Shown: one piece after another, positions 28,430 through 38,813 of the stretch
How positions within the stretch are numbered: position 1 is the stretch's first letter
Layout: each line of letters begins with the position of its first letter
Assembly (NCBI GenBank): GCA_963675215.1
Contig: OY775914.1
Coordinates: forward strand, 3,848,149-3,912,148
Reading direction: 5' to 3'
DNA: 64,000 nt
DNA from: Bacteroidales bacterium
GTDB taxonomy: Bacteria; Bacteroidota; Bacteroidia; Bacteroidales; GCA-2711565
The notes under the pieces: generated by a model
The model's database searches: none
Seen by the model: only the letters and a program-made list of their open reading frames with translations
What the model was told of the DNA's origin: nothing
Made by a program: the position numbers and the translations under genes

Positions 28430-29206
28430 TTACTCAAAGGTAAAAGAAATTTGAAATAGTTTGGAATTTAAACTGGTGATTCCGTCGGTATAAATATTAT
28501 TTTCGGAGATGAGTAAATCATTAAATCCATAAGACATTTTAAGCTCGACCCCAAATTTAAAATAGGGGAAGTAAAAATCAAAACCACCGCCGGCTTCAAC
28601 AAGCCAATCATGCCTGTTCAGCAATAGCAAATCTCCATTTGCTTCCTCGTTCTTTTTTGAATTTGCAGCCAGATCGTAAGTGTATTTCACACCTCCTAAG
28701 ACATAGGCTCTAATATTATGGGCTCGTTTTGATTTGTATTTAATATATAACGGCAGGTCAATATGCGTCGATCGAATACTCTTTTGGACAGGTTGATTGA
28801 TGGGATCATCTTCACCTTTATAATTTATAAATGAGTAATTCAATTTTCGTTCGCCAAAAGATAACGAAGGGATAAACCTTAAGTCGAGCAATGGTGCTAT
28901 TCTCAAATTGGTAACTATTCCAACTGTAAATCCAACGACCGGCTCATTATTTACGCTTAGGAATTTCACAGAGTCGGCATTGGGAAACTCATATACATCA
29001 GGGCTTAGCGTTACCTTTCCAATAGCATCCTCATTAACTTTCAAAGAAAAATTCATTTGATTAACCGAAAGTATGAATCCAAAATGGTATGGATTAAAAT
29101 CACGTTGTACCAAATTTTCAATATGATTGCCTTGGGCATTACTACTTGGAGAAACGAAAAGCAAGCCAATTATAAAACTGAAGCCTAATTTAAAAATGAA
29201 TTTCAA
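28430..29206 (-). CDS. PorT-like outer-membrane beta-barrel protein (T9SS-associated family)
   Basis: 258 aa with a signal peptide (SSNAQG) and alternating beta-strand hydrophobicity. I recall the position directly downstream of ubiE as a conserved ubiE-porT arrangement in Bacteroidota; this was not checked. Confidence 0.5.
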   Translation of the reverse strand: MKFIFKLGFSFIIGLLFVSPSSNAQGNHIENLVQRDFNPYHFGFILSVNQMNFSLKVNEDAIGKVTLSPDVYEFPNADSVKFLSVNNEPVVGFTVGIVTNLRIAPLLDLRFIPSLSFGERKLNYSFINYKGEDDPINQPVQKSIRSTHIDLPLYIKYKSKRAHNIRAYVLGGVKYTYDLAANSKKNEEANGDLLLLNRHDWLVEAGGGFDFYFPYFKFGVELKMSYGFNDLLISENNIYTDGITSLNSKLFQISFTFE

Positions 29207-29269
29207 GTCAAGTATATTTTTGATTTAATGGATAACGCTCAATAAATATTTTTATTTCTTTACAAAAAA

Positions 29270-29983
29270 CTATTGCTTCTCGCCTATGTAAATACTCGCA
29301 ATACCAAATGATAGTTTTATTTGAATTGGGTTTTTAAATCCTGCCTTTTGCAAACGATTTAAAAAAACCTCACCCGACGGAAACTCCTGCACCGAATCGT
29401 GAAGATAAACATAGGCTCCTCTATCCTTCGAAATTAATCTTCCGATCAGCGGTAAAATATTTTTGAAATAAAAATGATACAATTGTTTAATTGGGAATTT
29501 TTCGGGCATTGAGAATTCTAAAACATATATTTTTGATTGCGATTTTAAAACGCGATTCATTTCTGATAAACCCAAATCGAGGTTTTCAAAATTACGAACG
29601 CCAAAAGCAACCATAGCTGCATCAAAAAATTCATTTTCAAAAGGAAGGTTTTCGCTATCGCCGAACTTAAGCTCTATTTGCTCATTCAATCCTTTTCGTT
29701 GAATCTTTTTTCGGCCAACGGCCAGCATATCTTCAGCAATATCAACTCCCACAATTTTCACATTTTTAATGGAAGTTGCTGTTATTGCAAGATCACCGGT
29801 TCCTGTTGCAACATCAAGAATGTGTTTTGGTTGTTGTTGTTTAAGGCGTTTTATTAGTTTTTTTCTCCACAAAATATCAATACCAAGAGATAAAAAATGA
29901 TTCAAAAAATCATAGCTCCCTGCAATTTTATTGAACATGGTTTGCACTTGCTCTTTCTTTCCTGATTTATCCTGCACCGCCAT
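29270..29983 (-). CDS. ubiE: Demethylmenaquinone/ubiquinone methyltransferase
   Basis: 237 aa with FNKIAGSYDFLNHFLSLGID...WRK and the SAM motif LDVATGTGD, typical of UbiE/MenG. Confidence 0.9.
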   Translation of the reverse strand: MAVQDKSGKKEQVQTMFNKIAGSYDFLNHFLSLGIDILWRKKLIKRLKQQQPKHILDVATGTGDLAITATSIKNVKIVGVDIAEDMLAVGRKKIQRKGLNEQIELKFGDSENLPFENEFFDAAMVAFGVRNFENLDLGLSEMNRVLKSQSKIYVLEFSMPEKFPIKQLYHFYFKNILPLIGRLISKDRGAYVYLHDSVQEFPSGEVFLNRLQKAGFKNPIQIKLSFGIASIYIGEKQ

Positions 29984-29990
29984 GATTCTT

Positions 29991-31007
29991 TTATTTAGTG
30001 AGTAATTTTATTGCTTCATCCAAAAGTCTTTGTTTTCCAATTGAAGCAACGCCTACTTCTTCGCACACGATGCCTCCTGCCAAATTTGAGAGGGAAGCAA
30101 TTTGTAGTGCCGACTGATTTAAAGCAAGGCAGAGTGTGGCAACACTAATAACGGTATCTCCGGCACCGGATACATCAGAAATAGACCTTTTATGAGCAGG
30201 GATAATTTGTGACTTTGTTCTTTGAGTTTTTGATTCTTCTCTTATAAAAACACCATGCTCTGATAAAGTTGTCATTAGCATCTTAGCGTTCAGAATCTCA
30301 TTCAATTTTTCAGTGAGCATCGAAAGGTTTTCGGAATTCACTTCTTCAATAAAAAGACCCAGGCCTTCCTGAAGTTCCTTTAAATTAGGCTTGAACAAAC
30401 TTACATTTTTAAATTCAAAGAAATTCTTACTTTTCGGATCAACAGTCGTGATAATTCCTCTTTCATTAGCCAGCTTAATAACTTCTGTAATTACATTTTT
30501 GCTCAGGTTACCTTTGTTGTAGTCCTGAAAAATAATGGCATCGATTTTTCCTGAATTAAAAAAGCTTATAATTTTTGCAATCAATTGTGTTTCTTCATTC
30601 ACATTCAAATCATGTGTGTCTTCTTCGTCAACTCGTAACATTTGTGCATTGTTGCCAATAATCCTGAACTTTGTTGTTGTAATTCTATCGGCACTTTTAA
30701 TAATCCCATCAGCAGTCAATGATTCGACATTCAAAACCTCGATTAATTCTATTGCTTTTGAGTCATCTCCAACTACTGAGCAAATAATAGGCTCAGCTCC
30801 TAAGGATTTCAAATTCAGCGCAACATTAGCAGCACCACCAAGTTTATTGATTCGTTTTTGAATGGCAACAATTGGAACAGGAGCTTCAGGAGAGATCCGG
30901 TCCACTTTTCCCCAAACATAGGCATCCAACATGATATCTCCTATCACAAGGATCTTCAATTTATTAAACGAATCGAATAATTGATTTAGCTTCTCTTTTG
31001 AAAACAT
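29991..31007 (-). CDS. PfkB-family sugar kinase, RfaE domain-I-like (heptose-7-phosphate kinase-like)
   Basis: 338 aa. VIGDIMLDAYVWG...RISPEAPVP and the C-terminal DVSGAGDT motif are typical of the RfaE/HldE kinase domain. Confidence 0.75.
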   Translation of the reverse strand: MFSKEKLNQLFDSFNKLKILVIGDIMLDAYVWGKVDRISPEAPVPIVAIQKRINKLGGAANVALNLKSLGAEPIICSVVGDDSKAIELIEVLNVESLTADGIIKSADRITTTKFRIIGNNAQMLRVDEEDTHDLNVNEETQLIAKIISFFNSGKIDAIIFQDYNKGNLSKNVITEVIKLANERGIITTVDPKSKNFFEFKNVSLFKPNLKELQEGLGLFIEEVNSENLSMLTEKLNEILNAKMLMTTLSEHGVFIREESKTQRTKSQIIPAHKRSISDVSGAGDTVISVATLCLALNQSALQIASLSNLAGGIVCEEVGVASIGKQRLLDEAIKLLTK

Positions 31008-31056
31008 GAAAATTATTTATTGATATTTTAACAAAAATAGTTAAAACGCCGGGATA

Positions 31057-31088
31057 ATAAATAAAAAATCCCGGCAGAACCGGGATTT
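31057..31088 (-). terminator. Rho-independent terminator after the aminotransferase gene
   Basis: The minus-strand RNA reads AAAUCCCGG-uucug-CCGGGAUUU followed by a U-rich tract. Confidence 0.65.
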
Positions 31089-31100
31089 AAAATATTGCAA

Positions 31101-32309
31101 TTAGTTTAGCTTGCTTAATGCTCGCTTAATTCGTGTAATCGCTTCTATAAGTATCTCTTTTGATGTGGCATACGAAATACGGATACATTTATCATTGCCA
31201 AAAGCACCTCCTGAAACCATGCCAACATATTCGGTTTCTAATATGTACATGCAAAGGTCATCCGAATTTTTAATTTGGTAATTCTCGAAAGATTTTCCGA
31301 AATAAGAATCAACTTCTGGAAAAACATAAAATGCACCATCCGGAATATTTGTTTTAATTCCCGGAATTTCTTTTAATAAATCAATTACCATATCCCTTCG
31401 CTCTCTGAAAGCTTTAACCATGGTTTGGATTGAATCCGAAGTTGAGGGGTCCTCCAGTGTTGCCTCAAGTGCTGCCATCTGTGCGATTGACGATGCACCT
31501 GAAGTGTATTGTCCTTGTAATTTAATACACGCTTTTGAAATAAATAACGGAGCAGCCATATAACCAATTCTCCAACCGGTCATGGCGAAACCCTTTGATA
31601 CGCCATTAATCGTGATTACCCTATCCTTTATCTCTTCAAATTGAGCAATACTCTCATGCCTTTCTTTAAAAATAATGAACTCATAAATTTCATCAGCAAT
31701 CACAAATAAATTTGGGTGCTTAGCAACTACCTTTGCGATAGCTTGTAATTCGGCTTTTGAATAAACTGACCCCGTTGGATTACATGGTGACGAAAATAAT
31801 AAGACCTTACTTTTTTCGGTTATTACTGATTCTAATTGAGCTGCTGTAAATTTAAAATCTGTGTCTACATTTGTATTAATATCAATCACTTTTCCCCCTG
31901 CAAGTTTAACCATTTCAGGATACGAAACCCAATAAGGCGACGGAACAATTACCTCATCACCATCGTTAACTAAACAAAGAATGACATTCGTAATGGATTG
32001 TTTTGCACCATTAGAAACCACAATTTGCGCAGCCTCGTAGTCGAGTCCGTTATCTCTTTTAAACTTTTTAGCAATGGCTTCACGCAATTCCTGATAACCA
32101 GGAACCGGAGTATAGCGCGTCATATTATTTTCAACAGCTTTAATTGCTGCATCTTTAACATTTTGTGGTGTGTTGAAATCAGGCTCTCCAATAGTTAGCG
32201 CAATTACATCATGTCCCAAGGCTTTAAGCTCCCTGCTTTTCTGAGTCATTTTTAAAGTTTCCGACTCAGATAAATTATTCACCCTATCTGATAAAAAATC
32301 TTTATTCAT
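31101..32309 (-). CDS. Class I PLP-dependent (aspartate-type) aminotransferase
   Basis: 402 aa with the PLP-lysine motif SKGFAMTGWRIGY and the conserved NPTG and SNGAKQ segments. Confidence 0.88.
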   Translation of the reverse strand: MNKDFLSDRVNNLSESETLKMTQKSRELKALGHDVIALTIGEPDFNTPQNVKDAAIKAVENNMTRYTPVPGYQELREAIAKKFKRDNGLDYEAAQIVVSNGAKQSITNVILCLVNDGDEVIVPSPYWVSYPEMVKLAGGKVIDINTNVDTDFKFTAAQLESVITEKSKVLLFSSPCNPTGSVYSKAELQAIAKVVAKHPNLFVIADEIYEFIIFKERHESIAQFEEIKDRVITINGVSKGFAMTGWRIGYMAAPLFISKACIKLQGQYTSGASSIAQMAALEATLEDPSTSDSIQTMVKAFRERRDMVIDLLKEIPGIKTNIPDGAFYVFPEVDSYFGKSFENYQIKNSDDLCMYILETEYVGMVSGGAFGNDKCIRISYATSKEILIEAITRIKRALSKLN

Positions 32310-32505
32310 AATTTTAGTTATTAATTCAAATCTGGTTAATTAAGTGGTTACAAAGTTAGTAATTATAGCTGAAATAATTGGGGTATAAATAGATTCCTAA
32401 AATATTGAAGAAGTTTAGATGTTTTGATTTTGAATCATAAATTTGAATACAATTCTAAATATCATATTGGTTATAATTTCGTATTTTCGCTTCTGATTTA
32501 ACAAT

Positions 32506-33294
32506 ATGAGTACAAAAGATATACATCAGATAGTCATTCTCGGTTCAGGTAATGTGGCCACCCATTTATCTCTTGTATTAAAAAGCGCAGGACTTGAAAT
32601 TTTGCAAATTTACAGTCGGGAAATTAAGCATGCAAAAACACTTGCTAAGAAGTTAGGAATCGGCTACACTGATGACCTAAAATCGTTAAATACTTCGGCT
32701 GATCTTTACATTTTATGTGTGAGTGATGATGCATTGTTTAATGTGATAAGAAATATTTCAGTAAAAGATTTATTTATTGTTCACACTTCCGGAACAACTT
32801 CTATTGATATTTTTGATTCGTCCTATCATAATTGTGGCGTTTTCTATCCCCTTCAAACTTTTTCGAAAGAAAAAGATATTGACTTTAGCAATATTCCAAT
32901 CTGCATTGAAGCCAATACTAATCATAACGAAATGAAACTTGTAGCACTTGCCAAGAAAATTTCGGGAAATATCCAACTCATTAACTCAGATCAACGAAAA
33001 ACTTTGCATGTTGCCGCTGTTTTTGCTTCAAATTTTACCAATTATTTTTACCTTATTGCCGACGAAATTTTAGCAGAAAAAAAACTTTCATTAGATTTAA
33101 TAAAGCCCTTAATAACCGAAGTGGCTTTAAGAATGCATGACAGCAAACCAAAGGATATTCAAACAGGTCCCGCTAGAAGAGGCGATGATTTAATTGTTGA
33201 AGCGCATTTAGATTTCTTAAATTCGCATCCTGAATATCAGAAATTATACAAACTAATCTCAACTCAAATCAAGGAAAAATTTTCAAACCAATGA
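32506..33294 (+). CDS. Rossmann-fold plus DUF2520-like protein
   Basis: 262 aa with an N-terminal ILGSGNVATHL dinucleotide-binding motif and a C-terminal PARRGD segment typical of DUF2520 proteins. Confidence 0.6.
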   Translation: MSTKDIHQIVILGSGNVATHLSLVLKSAGLEILQIYSREIKHAKTLAKKLGIGYTDDLKSLNTSADLYILCVSDDALFNVIRNISVKDLFIVHTSGTTSIDIFDSSYHNCGVFYPLQTFSKEKDIDFSNIPICIEANTNHNEMKLVALAKKISGNIQLINSDQRKTLHVAAVFASNFTNYFYLIADEILAEKKLSLDLIKPLITEVALRMHDSKPKDIQTGPARRGDDLIVEAHLDFLNSHPEYQKLYKLISTQIKEKFSNQ

Positions 33295-33812
33295 TAAATT
33301 ACAAAGAAGCACTAGTACACATTAACACCTTCGTTTTCGATTATGATGGTGTTTTCACTAATGGAACTGTGATTTTACAGAATAGTGGAGACCCTTTAAG
33401 AACAGCAAATGTTAAAGATGGTTATGCCTTGCAACTTGCCATCAAAAAAGGTTACCGAATTGTTGTAATTTCAGGTGGAAGATCAGATTCTATTTCGAAT
33501 AGATTTGATACTTTAAACGTTACTGATGTTTTTTTAAGTGTGGATAACAAGATTGAGGTTTACAAAAAATATTTGAATGATAATGGTTTAGAAGCGAAGA
33601 ACGTACTCTATATGGGTGATGATATTCCCGACTATAAAGTCATGAAAGAAGCCGGTGTAGCTACCTGCCCGGCTGATGCGGCCGAAGAAATAAAAGCAAT
33701 CTCTCACTATATTTCACATTTTAATGGTGGTGAAGGTTGCGTTAGAGATATACTTGAGCAGGTAATGAAAGTTCAGGGGAAATGGATGACTGATGAAGGG
33801 TTTCATTGGTAA
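33291..33812 (+). CDS. kdsC: KDO 8-phosphate phosphatase (HAD family)
   Basis: 173 aa with HAD motif I FDYDGVFT, plus GDDIPD and a KdsC-like length. ATGA overlap with the upstream gene. Confidence 0.8.
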   Translation: MINYKEALVHINTFVFDYDGVFTNGTVILQNSGDPLRTANVKDGYALQLAIKKGYRIVVISGGRSDSISNRFDTLNVTDVFLSVDNKIEVYKKYLNDNGLEAKNVLYMGDDIPDYKVMKEAGVATCPADAAEEIKAISHYISHFNGGEGCVRDILEQVMKVQGKWMTDEGFHW

Positions 33813-33830
33813 TTTAATAAACTCTTTTTT

Positions 33831-34415
33831 ATGATCGCACCAAATCCCATTCAAACTAAAATTATATTGGCCTCCGGGTCACCCAGGCGCCAATCACTTC
33901 TAAAAGAGATGGGTCTTGATTTTCAAATCACTCAACGTGAAGTTAATGAAGTATATCCTCCGGAATTAAAAGGAAAAGAAATTGCCGAATACCTGGCCGG
34001 ATTAAAGGCTTCTGCTTTTAATATCGAAGAAATACCTGATAATGAAATTTTGATTACTGCCGATACCATTGTCTGTTTGGGCGAGAAATTACTGGGAAAA
34101 CCGAAAAACTTCAAACAAGCTCAGGAAATGTTGAAGTTATTATCGAATAAATGGCACGAAGTGATTACGGGTGTTTGTTTAAAATCTAATACTAAAGAAA
34201 AAATATTTTCAGCAACAACACAGGTCAGGTTTAAAAAATTGAGTGCTTCTGAAATCAATTATTACATACACCATTACAAACCCTTCGATAAAGCAGGAGC
34301 CTACGGCATACAAGAATGGATTGGATTTATTGGAATTAAGGAAATTTCAGGTTCATTTTATAATGTAATGGGGTTACCCGTTCAAAAACTTTACGAGGAA
34401 ATACAAAAATTCTAA
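33831..34415 (+). CDS. maf: Maf-family nucleoside triphosphate pyrophosphatase
   Basis: 194 aa with ILASGSPRR, the DTIV segment and a KAGAYGIQ motif. Confidence 0.88.
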   Translation: MIAPNPIQTKIILASGSPRRQSLLKEMGLDFQITQREVNEVYPPELKGKEIAEYLAGLKASAFNIEEIPDNEILITADTIVCLGEKLLGKPKNFKQAQEMLKLLSNKWHEVITGVCLKSNTKEKIFSATTQVRFKKLSASEINYYIHHYKPFDKAGAYGIQEWIGFIGIKEISGSFYNVMGLPVQKLYEEIQKF

Positions 34416-34506
34416 GCTAATTTATTCATTAATTAGTAAACCAAAAAGGTTCGGTAAATTATTCTATTTTTGTTCTTCTAATAATTCAACTAAACTTTTG
34501 ACTTTT

Positions 34507-35289
34507 ATGGGTAAGCCAACTATACTAATAACCAATGATGACGGCATTCATGCCAAAGGACTCAGATATTTAATTTCAGAGATGAGAAAGCTTGGTGATG
34601 TTACCGTTGTAGCTTCTAAACACCCAATGTCTGCGATGGGGCATGCCATCACGGTCAGATCACCATTAAGGCTAAAAAAAATAACCAAAGAGCCTGGTTA
34701 TCAAGAGTATGAGTGTAATGGAACCCCCGTAGATTGCATGAAACTTGGCGAGCAAGTGGCCATGAAGAAAAAGCCCGATTTGTTAGTTTCTGGCATTAAC
34801 CATGGCTCAAATGCCTCAGTTAATGTAGTTTATTCAGGTACGATGGCAGCTGTGATTGAAGGTTGCATCTCAGGTATAGCAAGCATCGGTTTTTCATTAC
34901 TTGATTATGATCATGATGCAGATTTTAGCGATTGTGGTAACTTTGTAAGTGAAATAGCAAAGAAAGTACTGAAAGAAGGGCTTCCTGAAAACACCTGTTT
35001 GAATGTGAACATCCCGGCAATCTCCGAGCAAAAAATTAAAGGAATAAAAGTTTGTCGTCAATCAAAAGCCAGATGGGTTGAGGAGTTTGATGCAAAAAAA
35101 GATCCACGAGGTCAGGATTATTTTTGGCTAACCGGTTATTTTGAAAAGCAGGATGTCGAGTCTGACACAGACCAATGGGCACTAGACAATAATTATGTTT
35201 CTGTCGTACCGATGCATTATGATTTTACAGCTCACAAAGAAATCGACACCATTAAAAAATGGCAACTAAATGGGCAAACTATTAAATAA
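34507..35289 (+). CDS. surE: 5-prime/3-prime-nucleotidase SurE
   Basis: ILITNDDGIHAKG and SGINHGSN motifs. The ATG at 34507 is preferred over the TTG at 34498. Confidence 0.9.
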   Translation: MGKPTILITNDDGIHAKGLRYLISEMRKLGDVTVVASKHPMSAMGHAITVRSPLRLKKITKEPGYQEYECNGTPVDCMKLGEQVAMKKKPDLLVSGINHGSNASVNVVYSGTMAAVIEGCISGIASIGFSLLDYDHDADFSDCGNFVSEIAKKVLKEGLPENTCLNVNIPAISEQKIKGIKVCRQSKARWVEEFDAKKDPRGQDYFWLTGYFEKQDVESDTDQWALDNNYVSVVPMHYDFTAHKEIDTIKKWQLNGQTIK

Positions 35290-35554
35290 AGACAGTCATC
35301 TTACTGGAGTATTTATTGGCCTCATTTTACCAATATTGGGATTCCTATTGGTATTTGGGATTACTTCACTCATCGACATTATTGGAAAAACCAATCTCAA
35401 TCACAATCTTCAGGAATTCAAAATAATTGGAATCGCATTTAATCTTTGGCCCATAAGGTATTATTTTGTGAAGAAAAAATATGAGCTGACAGGAAGAGGG
35501 ATCTTACTAGTCACCTTCGTTTATGTGGTTATTTATTTTTGGCTTCAACAATAA
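35270..35554 (+). CDS. Small hypothetical membrane protein
   Basis: 94 aa with three hydrophobic helices, wedged between surE and lpxB and overlapping the end of surE. Confidence 0.45.
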   Translation: MGKLLNKDSHLTGVFIGLILPILGFLLVFGITSLIDIIGKTNLNHNLQEFKIIGIAFNLWPIRYYFVKKKYELTGRGILLVTFVYVVIYFWLQQ

Positions 35555-35558
35555 ATTT

Positions 35559-36668
35559 ATGAGATATTACATCATTGCCGGAGAAGCATCTGGAGATCTG
35601 CATGCATCAAATCTTATTCGAGAAATTAAGGTTCTTGATAAAGAAGCAGAATTCAGAGCCTGGGGTGGCGATTTGATGGAAAAAGAAGGAGCCACTCTGG
35701 TAAAGCATTATCGCGATCTGGCATTTATGGGGTTTAAAGATGTGATTGCGAATTTGAATACCATTCGTAAGAATTTAGATTTCTGTAAAGAGGATATACT
35801 GAATTACAATCCAGATGTAGTTATTTTGGTCGATTATCCGGGATTCAATTTGCGAATTGCAGAATTTGCGAAGTTGAATAATATTCGCACGGTGTACTAT
35901 ATTTCACCACAAGTATGGGCTTGGAAAAAATCTCGGATCAAAAAGATTAAACGTGATGTTGATCAGATGTTAGTCATATTACCTTTTGAAGAAGCTTTTT
36001 ATAAAGACTTAGATTATGAGGTGAATTTTGTAGGACATCCTTTGCTTGATGTGATTAATCAACGAGAGCTTTCGAATAAACAAAACCTCACTGAACAAAA
36101 TGGGTTAGATCATCGGCAAATAATCGCCGTTTTACCCGGAAGTCGGAAGCAGGAAATTTCACGCATGCTGAAAATCATGTTATCTGTTGTTCCGCTGTTT
36201 AAAGATTATCAGTTTGTGGTAGCCGGAGCACCGGGAATAACAGAAGAATATTATTTTTCGATACTTGGGAAAAGTGATGTTAAAGTCATCCACGCTCAAA
36301 CCTATAATTTACTTGATCACGCTAAAGCAGCGATCGTATCATCCGGAACAGCAACCCTCGAAACTGCACTTTTTAATGTTCCTGAGGTGGTATGTTATAA
36401 AGGAGATGCTATTTCTGTTTTCATTGCTCGTCAGTTGATAAAAATAAAATACATTTCGCTTGTTAATTTAATCATGGATAAAGAGGCAGTTAAAGAACTC
36501 ATCCAAAATGATTTTAATACAGAAAATTTACGGGTTGAACTTCAGAAATTATTAAATAATTTTGAATATCGAAATGCAATGATTACCAACTTCCAAGAAT
36601 TAAAAAAGACCTTAGGTAACGAAGGCGCTTCTAAAAAGGCAGCACATCTGATTGTTTCTAATCTTTAA
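35559..36668 (+). CDS. lpxB: Lipid-A-disaccharide synthase
   Basis: MRYYIIAGEASGDLHASNL is the canonical LpxB N-terminus. The ATG at 35559 is preferred over 35523. Confidence 0.9.
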   Translation: MRYYIIAGEASGDLHASNLIREIKVLDKEAEFRAWGGDLMEKEGATLVKHYRDLAFMGFKDVIANLNTIRKNLDFCKEDILNYNPDVVILVDYPGFNLRIAEFAKLNNIRTVYYISPQVWAWKKSRIKKIKRDVDQMLVILPFEEAFYKDLDYEVNFVGHPLLDVINQRELSNKQNLTEQNGLDHRQIIAVLPGSRKQEISRMLKIMLSVVPLFKDYQFVVAGAPGITEEYYFSILGKSDVKVIHAQTYNLLDHAKAAIVSSGTATLETALFNVPEVVCYKGDAISVFIARQLIKIKYISLVNLIMDKEAVKELIQNDFNTENLRVELQKLLNNFEYRNAMITNFQELKKTLGNEGASKKAAHLIVSNL

Positions 36669-36725
36669 TTTCTAAGAGGACAAAATCAAAAAAACGGAAT
36701 AAAAGGAAAAGTAATTTTTTCTTTG

Positions 36726-38813
36726 ATGATTTCATGGCAACAATTTCCTTTTGTTCGTATTCTTATGTTTTACTTGTTAGGCATTTTTGTCAATGAGTTT
36801 TTGGAAATAGAAAATCCAAAACAGTTTCTCGTTTACTCACTCATCTTACCAATAAGTATCCTCATTCTTTGCAGAATTAAATTACGAAATTATAAGTTCC
36901 GACTTATTCCGGGTTTTTGCATAGCAACACTTTTGATCTTATTAGGCATTGCTATGAGTAACCGACATCATTTTACAGAACAGCAGCCGTCTCTAAATCA
37001 ACATCATGACTATTTATTTTTGATCACAGAGCAACCCATCGTAAAAACCAAATCAATAAAAATAATTGGAGAAATTTATGCGCATCAACCTGAAAATACC
37101 AGCTTTGGTAAAAGTATTTTTTATATCGCAAAGGATAGTATGGCATTAAACCTAAAATATGGTGATTTATTAAAAATAAATATGCGATTGAATCATATCA
37201 AACCTCCTCAAAACCCTCATGAATTTGATTACAAAAAGTATTTAAAGAATCGAAAAATCTACTATCAGGGCTATATCCCTTCAGATTCCTGGTCATTATT
37301 AGATCGAAAACAAGCAAATCAAATTAAGCAACTCGCATTGGATGCCAGACAATACTCAATGACAGTTCTGCGAAATTCAAATTTATCGAAATCAGAGTAT
37401 GCCGTTGCAATTGCCATTCTATTAGGCCAGGATGAAATTTTAGATGATGAAACGAGGCAGGATTACGCCGGTGCAGGCGCCATGCATGTTTTATGTGTTT
37501 CGGGCTTACACGTCGGAATTATTTATTTGGTCTTCACCTTTCTGTTCAGTTTTTTAAAAAAACGCGGGGTACAGCAGCTATTAAAAACATTTTTCCTGAT
37601 CTTACTTATATGGGGATATGCTTTGATTACAGGGTTTTCGCCTTCAGTACTCCGTGCCACAGTGATGCTGACTTTTATCATTGGGGGTGACGCATTAAAT
37701 AAAAAAGGAAATATTTACAATTCTATTGCAGCATCGGCTTTTTTGCTTCTCCTTATAAATCCACTCATGATAAAAGAAGTTGGATTTCAACTTTCATATG
37801 CAGCGGTTGTTGGAATTATTTCAATTTATCCCTTATTAAAAAAACACCTGCGTCATTCAAACCAAATTATTGATAAATCACATTCAATACTTATCGTTTC
37901 ATTGGCAGCACAAATTGGCACTTTCCCTTTGGCTATATATTATTTTCATCAATTTCCGGTTTATTTCCTATTGACAAACCTTGTGGCTATTATATTGTCC
38001 ACACTCATTATTAATCTAGGATTTCTTTTTTTACTCACGTCATCTGTACCCCTTATTTCGATCTGCTTTCAATACGTTTTCAAATTCCTTGTAAAAAGCA
38101 TGAATACCTTTGTAGCGTTTATTGAATCCCTTCCTGGGTCGACCTTCAAATATTTGGTGTTAAATCCTGTTGAAATAATAATTATCTATTTAGGAATTAT
38201 AAGTATGACACAAATGCTATTGAGAAAATCGAAAACGTGGTTTGTTGCAAGCTTTATATCTATTCTGCTGATTGGGTTTGGATTTACTTATCGAAATTAT
38301 TCTCAACTTAAACAAAGAAAAGTAATCATTTATAATATTAAAGGGCATACAATTTTTGAATTTCTAAAAGCGAAGCGTAGTGTTGTTTTTATGGATTCAA
38401 TATTGATTGATGATGAGCAAAAAATTAATTATCATTTATCGTCAAACTGGATTTATTCTGGGCTTAAAAGGCCACAGTTAATTTCAATTCTTAAAAGAAA
38501 TTATAAGAGAAATGAATTGGGGTTGATGAAAAACGGAAGCATTTATCAATTTGAAAATAAAATATTTTTACAAATTAATCGAGAAAATTGCCAACGGATA
38601 AAAAACTTCCAAACATCTGTTGATTACATAATTATTTCGGAAGACGTCAGAATTTCAATTAAAGATATTTTCAAACAATTTCAACCCAAACTAATTATTA
38701 TGGATTCCTCAAATTCATTTTATTATGAGAAGGATCTAATAGAGGGAGCAGTTAAAAATGAGATTCCTATTTATTCAGTTAACACTAAAGGAGCATTAAC
38801 TATTTCTCTTTAG
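36726..38813 (+). CDS. comEC: ComEC/Rec2-family membrane protein
   Basis: About 695 aa polytopic protein with a DUF4131-like N-terminus and the Competence-domain motif GAMHVLCVSGLHVG. Confidence 0.85.
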   Translation: MISWQQFPFVRILMFYLLGIFVNEFLEIENPKQFLVYSLILPISILILCRIKLRNYKFRLIPGFCIATLLILLGIAMSNRHHFTEQQPSLNQHHDYLFLITEQPIVKTKSIKIIGEIYAHQPENTSFGKSIFYIAKDSMALNLKYGDLLKINMRLNHIKPPQNPHEFDYKKYLKNRKIYYQGYIPSDSWSLLDRKQANQIKQLALDARQYSMTVLRNSNLSKSEYAVAIAILLGQDEILDDETRQDYAGAGAMHVLCVSGLHVGIIYLVFTFLFSFLKKRGVQQLLKTFFLILLIWGYALITGFSPSVLRATVMLTFIIGGDALNKKGNIYNSIAASAFLLLLINPLMIKEVGFQLSYAAVVGIISIYPLLKKHLRHSNQIIDKSHSILIVSLAAQIGTFPLAIYYFHQFPVYFLLTNLVAIILSTLIINLGFLFLLTSSVPLISICFQYVFKFLVKSMNTFVAFIESLPGSTFKYLVLNPVEIIIIYLGIISMTQMLLRKSKTWFVASFISILLIGFGFTYRNYSQLKQRKVIIYNIKGHTIFEFLKAKRSVVFMDSILIDDEQKINYHLSSNWIYSGLKRPQLISILKRNYKRNELGLMKNGSIYQFENKIFLQINRENCQRIKNFQTSVDYIIISEDVRISIKDIFKQFQPKLIIMDSSNSFYYEKDLIEGAVKNEIPIYSVNTKGALTISL

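Noticed and set aside
31047-31088. Three CCGGGAT/ATCCCGG arms between the aminotransferase and the RfaE-like kinase gene, which looked like a terminator/antiterminator switch.
   Set aside because: On the transcribed (minus) strand, the terminator arms are made first and the third arm lies downstream of the U-tract. It therefore cannot act as a co-transcriptional antiterminator. This is most simply a plain terminator plus a chance or duplicated arm.
34498-34506. N-terminal extensions from non-ATG or upstream starts in the ORF track (surE 34498, comEC 36723, radC 47920, YdeI 24153, lpxB 35523, FtsX permease 60873).
   Set aside because: In each case a downstream ATG restores the canonical family N-terminus (for example ILITNDDG for SurE and MRYYIIAGEASGD for LpxB). 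It also removes an overlap with a promoter box or with the neighbouring gene.
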